Origin: Azolla caroliniana
Taxonomy: Eukaryota > Plantae > Polypodiophyta
Assembly (NCBI GenBank): GCA_043228905.1
Contig: JBHGNT010000004.1
Span: forward strand, 16,182,001-16,246,000
DNA: 64,000 nt
Reading direction: 5' to 3'
The notes beneath the pieces were generated by a model that did no database searches, was not told the origin of the DNA, and saw only the letters and a list, made by a program, of their open reading frames with translations. The translations under genes were made by a program, and so were the position numbers. Below are positions 48,840 to 58,400 of this stretch, in pieces; the first letter of the stretch is position 1, and each line of letters starts with the position of its first letter.

Positions 48840-51800
48840 ATGGAAGGCGGCAGCAGCGGGCAGCCGGGGATGATGGTGCTGAATGCGCAGAACTACGCCG
48901 ACTGGAAGATAAAGATGGAGGATCTGCTCATTGTTCGGGACCTGTATGAACCGATCGACAGGTCGGAAATACCCAAGCGGGTACTTGAGACAGAATGGAG
49001 GCTTCTGAACCGGAAAGCCGTTGCAACCATTCGGCAATACGTCGACGTGAGCGTTCTACAACATGTGGCGAACGACACCAACGCATATGAGATGTGGCAG
49101 AAGCTGTCGGGCCTCTACGAGAGGAAGAATGCGTTGAACCGAACCTCCCTGATGAGGAAGATAGTGAACCTCAAGTACCGGGACGGCGAGAATATGGTGG
49201 AACACGTAAGCATGTTCATGGGATTCGTGAACCAGCTTGCGGCGATCAAGTTCCCGTTGGAGGATGCAATGCAAGCCATCATTCTGATGTGTACATTGCC
49301 GGAAAGCTGGGAGAACTTGGTGGTGACTCTCAGCACCTCCTGCACCGAAGATAACTTGTCTCTACAAACGGTAAAGACAAGCATTTTGAACGAAGAAGCG
49401 CGTCGGAGAGATAAAGAACCGGCCTCAGATCCGAAGATGCTGCTTACCGAATCGGATCGGGGAAGACAACGGAACCGGAGTCCACAAAGACGGGAGAAGT
49501 CGGGGACCCGGTCGCAGTCAAGAGGAAGGTCCACATGCTTCCACTGTGGGAAGCCGGGGCACTTCCGAAAGAACTGTCGGCATTACCGAAAAGACAACGG
49601 AGCCGACGACACCGATTCGAAGAAGTCTTCGGAACGGAACGGTGCTTACCGGGGAGCCACGGACCGGAATGGTTCGGATCGGCGAGGGCAGGACCGGAAA
49701 GGAACGACGGCACTCGCGGCAAGTGAAGAGGAGATCATGCTCATCACCGAAGAAGGTGAACTAAACATTGCCGGCGATGAGACTACCTGGGTGGTCGATT
49801 CCGGAGCGTCGTTCCACCTGACCCCGGAAAGAAGATACTTCTCATCCTATACAGCCGGTGAGCATGGCTGCGTTCGGATGGGAAATGAAGGTACGTGCCG
49901 GATTGCCGGCATAGGAGACGTGTGGTTGACAACCTCGACCGGATGCAAAATGTTGCTGAAGGATGTCCGACACGTTCCGGAGGTTCGACTGAACCTGATT
50001 TCGGCCGGGAGGCTAGACGATGAAGGCTACACAGGTAGCATCCGGAACTGCGTAATGAAGTTCAGCAAGGGGAGCCTGATAGTGGCTCGGGCCCGGAAAG
50101 TCAACACACTGTACCTTATGAATGCCTGGTTGTGTCCGAAGGAGTTGAACGTGGCAGCCGACACTGCCGGTGAGCTGTGGCACAAGAGACTGTGCCACAT
50201 GAGTGAGAAGGGGATGAAGAGGCTTGCAGAAGACAACCTTATTCCAGTGAAGCATGTGCACCTGGAGAAGTGCACCGATTGCCTGGCCGGTAAGCAGAAC
50301 CGAACCTCCTTCCACTCAAGGCCACCGACGAGGCGTAGCGCACCATTGGAGTTGGTGCACACTGACGTGTGTCAAGTAGAAACGAAGTCACATGGCGGAG
50401 CCCAGTACTTCGTGACATTCATTGATGACCACAGCCGGAAGCTGTGGACGGCACCGTTGAAGAAAAAGGACCAAGTGTTGTGCGTCTTCAAAGAACTCCA
50501 CGCGAGAGTGGAAAGGGAATCCGGCAAGAAGCTGAAAGCGATACGAGCGGATAACGGAGGGGAATACCGGGGGCAGTTCGAGGAGTACTGTCGCTCGAAG
50601 GGAATCCGGCTCGAGTTTACTGTGCCGAAGACGCCGGAACTGAACGGGCTGGCCGAGAGGATGAACCGGACCATAATGGAGAGGGTCCGGAGTATGCTGG
50701 CACATGCGAAATTGCCCAAGGGGTTTTGGGCTGAGGCAATGTCGACGGCGACATACGTGATAAACAGATCACCCTCAGTACCTTTGGACGGAGACACGCC
50801 GCAGAGAGTGTGGACCGGCAGGGAAGTATCCTACCGGCATCTGAAGGTGTTTGGGTGTCTCGCATATGTGCATGTGGCAAAGGACCGGAGAGGAAAGCTA
50901 GCTCCAAAGACCCGGCCATGCATATTCCTCGGTTACGGCGATGACGAGTTCGGCTACCGAGTATGGGACGCAGTCGACAAAAAGATATTCCAGAGTCGTG
51001 ATATCATCTTCATGGAGGACAAGACACTCACCGACTGGGAGTCGGAGAAGAAGATGAAGAGCTCCAAGTCGACCGGTGAGGATCAACTCTACGAGGAGCA
51101 GTCCCGACCGGCAAGGGACCGGTTAGCACTCGAGGATCCAACTGAAGACGGTGAAGAAACAGAACCGGCCGAGGAAGATGAAACTGATACCGGAACCAGC
51201 CCCGATCCCGAAATGGATTCGGATGAAGAGGAAACGGAGGAGCCGGTTACCGAAGCTCCGGAACGGAGATATCCTCTAAGAGAGAGAAGGGCCCCCCGGA
51301 GATTTCCGGAACCAGAGCACGTGCTGCTAACCGACGAGGGGGAGCCGGAGAGTTTTGAAGAAGCAAAGCTTGACACCCATAGCCGCAGGTGGTTAAGTGC
51401 CATGCAGGAGGAGATGGATTCCCTGCATGAGAACCACACATATGAACTTGTGGAGTTGCCGAAAAGAAAGCGGGCACTTCGAAACAAGTGGGTGTTCAAG
51501 CTGAAACCGGGAGATGCCGGAAACCCCCCGAGATACAAAGCCAGGATCGTGGTTAAGGGGTTCCAGCAGAAGAAGGGCGTCGACTTCGACGAGATATTTG
51601 CCCCGGTAGTGAAGATGACCTCCATCCGGACGGTGCTAAGCATAGCGGCAAGCATGGACCTCGAGGTAGAACAGATGGACGTGAAGACAGCATTCCTTCA
51701 CGGTGACCTCGAAGAAGAGATCTACATGCAGCAACCGGAAGGATTCGAGAAGAAAGGGAAGGAGCACCTGGTATGCCGGTTGAAGAAGAGCCTTTACGGA

Positions 51801-52913
51801 CTGAAGCAGGCTCCCCGGCAATGGTACCGGAAGTTCGACTCTTTCATGACCGACGAAGGGTACCACAAAACGCAGTCCGATCACTGCGTGTTTGTGAAGA
51901 AGTTCGAAGGAGGAGACTTTCTAATACTCCTCCTGTACGTGGACGACATGTTGATCGTCGGACGGGACCAGGGCAAGATACGGATGCTGAAGAAAGCGCT
52001 TCACCGAACCTTCTCAATGAAGGACTTGGGTCCGGCGAGGCAAATACTAGGGATGCACATCATCCGGGACCGGAAGAAGAAGCAGTTGTGGCTGTCACAG
52101 GAGAAGTACGTGACAAAGGTGCTTCACCGGTTCAACATGTTGGAAGCAAGACCGGTCGGGTCAACCCTCCCGGCAAACTGCAAGTTGTCCAGCAAGCAAA
52201 GCCCCAAGACAAAGGCTGAGAAGGAGGACATGATGAAAGTACCATATGCCTCTGCCGTCGGAAGCTTGATGTACGCAATGGTGTGTACAAGACCGGACAT
52301 AGGATATGCAGTCGGAGTGGTGAGCCGGTACATGAGCAATCCCGGCAAAGAGCACTGGAACGCGGCCAAGTGGATACTCCGATACCTGAAGGGCACGGCA
52401 AACGTGTGCCTCCGATTCGGCTCCGGTAAGCCCGAACTCGACGGCTTTACCGATTCGGATATGTCGGCTGATGCAGATACCAGCCGATCCACATCAGGGT
52501 ATGTGATGACGTATGCAGGGGGAGCTGTTTCGTGGCAGTCGAGGCTGCAGAAAACGGTTGCGTTGTCAACCACGGAGGCAGAGTACATGGTGGCTGTTGA
52601 AGCCGGCAAGGAAATAATATGGATGAAGGACTTCATTAGAGAGCTCGGTATCCGGCAGGAGGAGTACCGACTCTACTGCGACAGTCAGAGTGCCATCCAC
52701 CTTGCGAAGAATGCGGCCTATCACTCTCGGACGAAGCACATCCAGCGAAGATATCACTGGATCCGGGAAAGGATAGAAGACCAGGAGTTCGTGCTGACGA
52801 AGATCCACACGGACGAGAACGGGTCAGATATGCTGACCAAAGTGCTCACACCCGACAAGCTGGAAGCGTGCCGGAAGAGGGTCAGACTGGAAAGACATCC
52901 CATGCCGAAGTGA
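48840..52913 (+). CDS. Uninterrupted Copia gag-pol polyprotein (1357 aa): gag, CCHC knuckle, protease, integrase, RT, RNase H
   Basis: Single ORF with CFHCGKPGHFRKNC, WVVDSGAS, HTDVC/ADNGGEY/AERMNRT, YVDD, FTDSD/EAEY/CDSQSA. Confidence 0.95.
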   Translation: MEGGSSGQPGMMVLNAQNYADWKIKMEDLLIVRDLYEPIDRSEIPKRVLETEWRLLNRKAVATIRQYVDVSVLQHVANDTNAYEMWQKLSGLYERKNALNRTSLMRKIVNLKYRDGENMVEHVSMFMGFVNQLAAIKFPLEDAMQAIILMCTLPESWENLVVTLSTSCTEDNLSLQTVKTSILNEEARRRDKEPASDPKMLLTESDRGRQRNRSPQRREKSGTRSQSRGRSTCFHCGKPGHFRKNCRHYRKDNGADDTDSKKSSERNGAYRGATDRNGSDRRGQDRKGTTALAASEEEIMLITEEGELNIAGDETTWVVDSGASFHLTPERRYFSSYTAGEHGCVRMGNEGTCRIAGIGDVWLTTSTGCKMLLKDVRHVPEVRLNLISAGRLDDEGYTGSIRNCVMKFSKGSLIVARARKVNTLYLMNAWLCPKELNVAADTAGELWHKRLCHMSEKGMKRLAEDNLIPVKHVHLEKCTDCLAGKQNRTSFHSRPPTRRSAPLELVHTDVCQVETKSHGGAQYFVTFIDDHSRKLWTAPLKKKDQVLCVFKELHARVERESGKKLKAIRADNGGEYRGQFEEYCRSKGIRLEFTVPKTPELNGLAERMNRTIMERVRSMLAHAKLPKGFWAEAMSTATYVINRSPSVPLDGDTPQRVWTGREVSYRHLKVFGCLAYVHVAKDRRGKLAPKTRPCIFLGYGDDEFGYRVWDAVDKKIFQSRDIIFMEDKTLTDWESEKKMKSSKSTGEDQLYEEQSRPARDRLALEDPTEDGEETEPAEEDETDTGTSPDPEMDSDEEETEEPVTEAPERRYPLRERRAPRRFPEPEHVLLTDEGEPESFEEAKLDTHSRRWLSAMQEEMDSLHENHTYELVELPKRKRALRNKWVFKLKPGDAGNPPRYKARIVVKGFQQKKGVDFDEIFAPVVKMTSIRTVLSIAASMDLEVEQMDVKTAFLHGDLEEEIYMQQPEGFEKKGKEHLVCRLKKSLYGLKQAPRQWYRKFDSFMTDEGYHKTQSDHCVFVKKFEGGDFLILLLYVDDMLIVGRDQGKIRMLKKALHRTFSMKDLGPARQILGMHIIRDRKKKQLWLSQEKYVTKVLHRFNMLEARPVGSTLPANCKLSSKQSPKTKAEKEDMMKVPYASAVGSLMYAMVCTRPDIGYAVGVVSRYMSNPGKEHWNAAKWILRYLKGTANVCLRFGSGKPELDGFTDSDMSADADTSRSTSGYVMTYAGGAVSWQSRLQKTVALSTTEAEYMVAVEAGKEIIWMKDFIRELGIRQEEYRLYCDSQSAIHLAKNAAYHSRTKHIQRRYHWIRERIEDQEFVLTKIHTDENGSDMLTKVLTPDKLEACRKRVRLERHPMPK

Positions 52914-52923
52914 AGGGGGAGTT

Positions 52924-53387
52924 TGTTGGGATTACAGTCCCTCCGGATGGGATGGTCAGATGCCCGGGAATCGGGAATGAAGACCCCGGCTACGGAGCCG
53001 GATGACGAAGACCCCGGCTACGGAGCCGGCTACTTAGGGCAAATAGTTTTGTGGTTGTTGCTCATTTTCTGTTTTCCACTTAGAGGGAGCGAAGTGAGAG
53101 CAGCCGAGAGAGAGAGAGAGAAAGGAAGAGGTCGATGCCTCTGTGTAATACCGCCGCCTGTGGCGAGGACAGCGAGCTCAAGGTCGTCGCCTTGTAGCTC
53201 GCCATTGTACATTCCCTGCGTATAGTGATAGTTGGAGTCTTGCACTCCCGTGGTTTTTCTCGTCTAGGGTTTTCCACGCTAAACCCTGTGCATTTGAGTC
53301 TCTCTTTGTGTCTGCGATTTATTTCTGCATTGATTCGTGTTTCCTCGGTTGTGGCCGAGAGAATTGGAAAGCGTCCATTTCTTAACA
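52924..53387 (+). repeat. B3 3' LTR (464 bp), internally deleted
   Basis: Matches the 5' LTR apart from a ~170 bp net loss, three transitions and a 1-bp indel. Confidence 0.95.
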
Positions 53388-55403
53388 TGGCATCGGTAAT
53401 CCGAGAATCCATTGGGGTGTGAAAAATCCGCGTTGTGTGCAATCATGTTGGTCCCAAGATTACTTGCTTTTGATTATCAAACGATGGATCACCAGGACGA
53501 GGTGCAAGATATGAACTTTGTGATAGCGCATCTGCTTTTCCTTGCTGCTTCCCCGGTCGATATGTGATTTTGAAGTCGAAACGCGTGAGGAATTGAGCCC
53601 ACCGAGCTTGCCGTCGATTTAGCATCCGAATGTTCTGGAAATAAGAAAGATTTTTGTGATCACTAAAGACGATGACCTGATGTGGAGAGCCCTCTAAGGA
53701 ATGCCGCCATTGCACAAAGGAATCCACGATGGCCAATAACTCTTTGTCATGTATTTCGTAGTTGATTTCCGCAGCATCGAATTTGCGCGAATGAAAAGCC
53801 ATAGGATGTAACTCTTCTTTATCTCCTTGTTGAGAAAGGATGCTATTGAGGGCGAAATCCGATGTGTCGGCCTCCATGATGAATGGTTTGTTTGTATCCA
53901 CATGAGCTAGAATTGGAGCTGATGTAAAGGCTTTCTTAAGATGCCGAAAAGCCATGTCCGCTTCATTGGACCAAAGAAATGCTTGTCCCTTCTTCGTAAG
54001 TTGTGTGAGAGGTAACATAATCTTCGAGTAATCCTATATAAAATTGAGGTAAAGGTTAGCAAAACCTAGAAAACATTGTACATCTCGTACTGACCGTGCA
54101 GTTTGCCACTCTAGCACAGTTTGGACTTTAGCTGGATTCATGGAGATGCCCTTTGAGGAGATGACGTAGCCTAGAAATTCCACTTGCTTGCAGTCAAAGC
54201 TACATTTTTCTAGCTTGGCATTTTAGTACTAATTGTACATGAGAATCGTTCTCTTCCTAGGTTTTTGAATAAATCAATAGATCATCCAGATAGATTATCA
54301 AACAAATATCCAAGAGGTCTCTGAATATATCATTTGCCATGTGTTGGAAGACTGTGGGTGCATTGGTTGGACCAAACAACATAGCAGTATATTCAAAGTG
54401 CCCATACCGTGTGCGAAATGCGGTCTTCCATTCATCTCCCGGTCGGATCCGCATGAGGTTATACTCTCCTCGTAGATCAATTTTTGTAAAAACTTGGCAC
54501 CATTAACTCGCTCTAAAAGACTTGATATAAGAGGAAGTGCATACCTATTCCGGATCGTGACTTTATTCAAGCCGCGGTAATCAATGACGAGACGAAGTGA
54601 GCCATCTTTCTTCTTGACAAAGAAGATGGGTGCACCGGCCGGAGATTTCGAATGACGAATAAACCCGCTTGCCAAGTTCTCCTCTATGTAGGCTCGAAGG
54701 ACTTCTAACTGGGTGGGTGACAAGTTGTAAATTGGTCCCCATGGTGGCTCTGCTCTTGGTTGTAAAGCGATGGGACAATCATAAGGACGATGATGAGGAA
54801 GAATACCGGCTTTTACCTTGTCAAATACATCGGCATAAGGATGATATTTCGTTGGAAGTTGCACTAAGTATTCCTCCTTAATAGTGCTAGAAGGATGTAC
54901 CAATATTGCAAATAGGAACATTGCCTCCTTGTGTCCTTCTTCGCGTAATTGACGTAGTGAAATGGACGAAACTCGATGAGTAGATTCTTGTGGTTGTCGA
55001 TGTCGGACTTCTCTTGTTCTCCAATCTATGTCTGGATTATGTAATTCAAACAAAGGTAATCCCAGGACAATGGGATGCTCTGGACTACTAATTATATTAA
55101 ATGATACCACACACACAAAACTACCTAGGACAACTTGAATGGGTTCTGACTCTTCTACAATATTCCCGGAAGCAATGGGATGACCATCAATGACTACTAC
55201 AAATGCGGAGCAAGGAAGTTTTCTTAAGGATATCTAAGAAGCTTGGGCAAAATTTTGATCCATGAAACATGAATTAGCTCTAGAATCTAGAAGTGGTAGG
55301 ACGTGTATTGGGGGAGTACTTTTAGTACTAACCATGACTTGGGCTAGGAACACATTGCTAACTTGCTTGGAGGGAATGGAACCACTAATGGGCTATATAG
55401 ATC

Positions 55404-55455
55404 TAGGGTTGGCCAACCAAACGACTCCTATTTTGGCTGGACTCAATCGTTTAAC
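55404..55455 (-). promoter_or_regulatory. Candidate -1 ribosomal frameshift signal at the gag-pol junction of F
   Basis: G TTA AAC 55449-55455 just before the gag stop; protease lies in the -1 frame; 9-bp stem 8 nt downstream. Confidence 0.65.
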
Positions 55456-55481
55456 TCTTCATCTAATTGACCAAGGATTTC

Positions 55482-58400
55482 TGTAAACGTAAGTGTTTGC
55501 GGAAGCGTAAAACAGAGAATAACACAGAGAGAGAGAGACAGAGAGAGCAGAACACAATTTCAAAAAATTATATCAAGACTCTGTACACACACTGTGCTAA
55601 GTAGCACTATTTATACAAGTCCTTTTGGGACTGACAGAAGTACCATGTACTTCAATGCTCACACGAGCATCTGACACTTACTACGAGACTATAGCTACCT
55701 AGTAGTCTATCCTATACTAGGCTTCCGATTGGACTTCCGGTTACGGATTGCACCCGGCCTCCACTGCTTCCCGGTTCGGTTGCTCACCGTCATACCGATC
55801 TGTTTCGCCCGATCCGTCTCGCTTACCGGCTCCGGCTAATTCAGCCGATCCGGCTCTAGTTGAGCTTGCCGCTCAACACTCCCCCTCAAGCTCAACCTGA
55901 GGTGGGGTCGTAGTGTAAACCTCTGTGGCAGTCGGTTCTTCCAACCGACTTCTCCTGGCGTCACTCCGCCTTGCTCGCGCTCCTCGTCCGGTCCGGTCTC
56001 GTTTGCCGCGACCCCTTTGGTTCTGCGCGCCTCGACCCTCTCGGTCGGCATGTCTGCTCAATAGGCCCATCTCAGCACTCACGTTGCTGTGACTCCGACG
56101 CTTGCCGATCCGTCGGTTCTCCCACGATGGCATCGACTTCCGCTGTGTCCATGTCCCCTTGGCCTTCAGTCGATCCGACTCATCCGGATCCATCTGTTGA
56201 TCCGAGTCAGCTGTCTCCGACTTGTTCCAGCTCTTGTCCGAATCGGTACACTCTGATTCGACTTCCGGCTTCAAGCCTCTCACCACATCGGACCACTTCC
56301 GAGTCTTGGCCTTCTCCATGCTTCCTTCGGCTTCTTCAGCCGGTGTACCGAAATCGAATTCTTCATTCGACTCCGCATCATGGTCAGTACCGTCGTGATG
56401 ACATCCGCACAGCATGCACTTCTCTTCCTGAGTGCACAACTCTTCTTCACAGCCGCTTGCTCTAACCTGTTCGGATGTGTCGACTTCCTTCGTCGACTCG
56501 GCTTCCTTCAACTTCTTGTCTCCTCTTCTTCCGGCTCTCCTCTTACCGACGGGTTCAACAGTTTTTTGGCCTTTGCCCGTTTCGGTAGAGACTTTGCCCT
56601 TGCTTCTCCCCCTCAAGTGCAGCACGTCGAGATGCTGAATACCAAGCATGTCGGTAAAGTGTTGCAACTTGTCCGATCCGAGCGGCTTGGTGAAGATGTC
56701 GGCAACTTGCCGATCCGTATGAACATACCGTAGGTCAACTTCACCGCTCAGGACCCGCTCACGCACGAAGTGGTAGTGCACCTCGATGTGCTTTGTGCGA
56801 GTATGGAACACAGGGTTCCTGGCGAGCTGCAGGCTGCTCATGTTATCGCAGTAAATCGGGATCGGGGTCGGTACCTCAATCCGCAAGTCTCGGAGTAGTC
56901 GCCGAAGCCAAATGGCTTCACAAGTGGCAACGGTAGCGGCCCGGTACTCAGCCTTAGTGCTTCACAAAGCCACTGTGGGCTGCTTTTTGCTACTCCACGC
57001 AACGGCCGCGCTACCTATGGAGAACATGTATCCGGAAGTGGAGCGGCGATCAGACGCATCGTCGGCCCGGTCAGCATCTGTGTAACCGACAAGCTCTTCG
57101 GGTATACCTCGCCAGTATAGGAGTCCCCGGTCCTTAGTGCCGCTGACATACCGTAATATTCGTTGCGTGCACTGAAGGTGCTCCACGGTCGGCTTCTGCA
57201 TGAACTGACTTACAATGCCGACCGGATAGCTGATGTCGGGTCGGGTGATGGTTAAGTAGATCAGGCTTCCGACAACCTGTCGGAACCGTTTCTCATTGCA
57301 GGCCGGTCCGGAGGTGGGACGGAGCTTCTGGTTCCGGTCCAGGGGTGTGGAGACAGGTCAACAATCCGTCATGCCGAACTTATACAGCATATTCAACACG
57401 TAATGTCGTTGTGAGAGCAATATGCTGTCGGGGGTCCGGATCACTTCGATCCCAAGAAAATAATGAAGGTCCCCCAAGTCCTTCATTTCGAATGCATCCG
57501 ACAACTGGGACTTGACGCGGTTGATTTCGGGAAGACCCGGTCCGGTGATGACTAAATCATCCACATACAAGAGTATACATACCGGACCGTCAGAGCCTTG
57601 CCGGATGAACAACAAAGAGTCCGACATAGGGATAACAAACCCCAGCTTACGCAACGGGTGCGTGATCTTCGCGTTCCAAGCTCGGGGGGCTTGCTTCAAG
57701 CCGTAAAGCGACTTCTTCAGTCGGCATACCGCCGACTTGTTCATCTCCGATTGAAATCCGGGGGGTTGAGTCATAAAGACTTCTTCTTCAAGCTCGCCTT
57801 GAAGGAAGGCGTTCTTCACATCCATCTGGTGAAGATGCCACCCCCTTGCCGCAGCAACCGCCAGTACCACAGAAACCGTCGTCATCTTCGCCACAGGAGC
57901 GAAGGTCTCGTCGTAGTCGATTCCGTGGGTCTGCGCGTATCCCTTCGCCACTAACCGGGCTTTGTACCGGTTAACAGAACCGTCGGCGTTGTACTTGACC
58001 TTGTACACCCACTTGCATCCGATCGGTTTACAGTGACGGGGAGGATCAACTAGGTCCCAAGTTTCTTTGGCATCGAGTGCCCGCATTTCTTCGTCCATAG
58101 CGGCACGCCAATTGGCGTTCTTTGCCGCTTCTGCGTAGCTCTCCGGGTCACGCACTTCTGTCACCTTAGTCATGTACGCATAATGATGCGCCATGTATTC
58201 ATTGTACTCGTACCGCATGACGGGATCCTTCTGGCGGGTTGATCGGCGCAACGCACCGTCACCTGATTTGCGGCCCTTCTTGGCCAGTTCGGTCTTCGTT
58301 GCCGAAGATCCGCCTTTCTCCTTTCCGGAGTCGGATACGCACCGATCCGACTCATCGTTGCCGGTTTCGAATTCCGGCATCTTCCTCTTCCCCTTCTCTT

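Larger units (their letters stand above)
48176..53387 (+). mobile_element. Young Tnt1/Tork-like Copia B3, TSD TGGCA
   Basis: 5' LTR 48176-48808, PBS 48812-48823, PPT 52912-52921, 3' LTR 52924-53387; TGGCA at 48171-48175 and 53388-53392. Confidence 0.97.

Noticed and set aside
51089-52636. Long antisense ORFs within Copia pol (also 14492-14926 and similar)
   Set aside because: Shadow frames expected from GC-rich codon usage
55873-56620. env-like gene as in SIRE elements
   Set aside because: Fused in frame to RNase H, hydrophilic, with no signal or transmembrane segment
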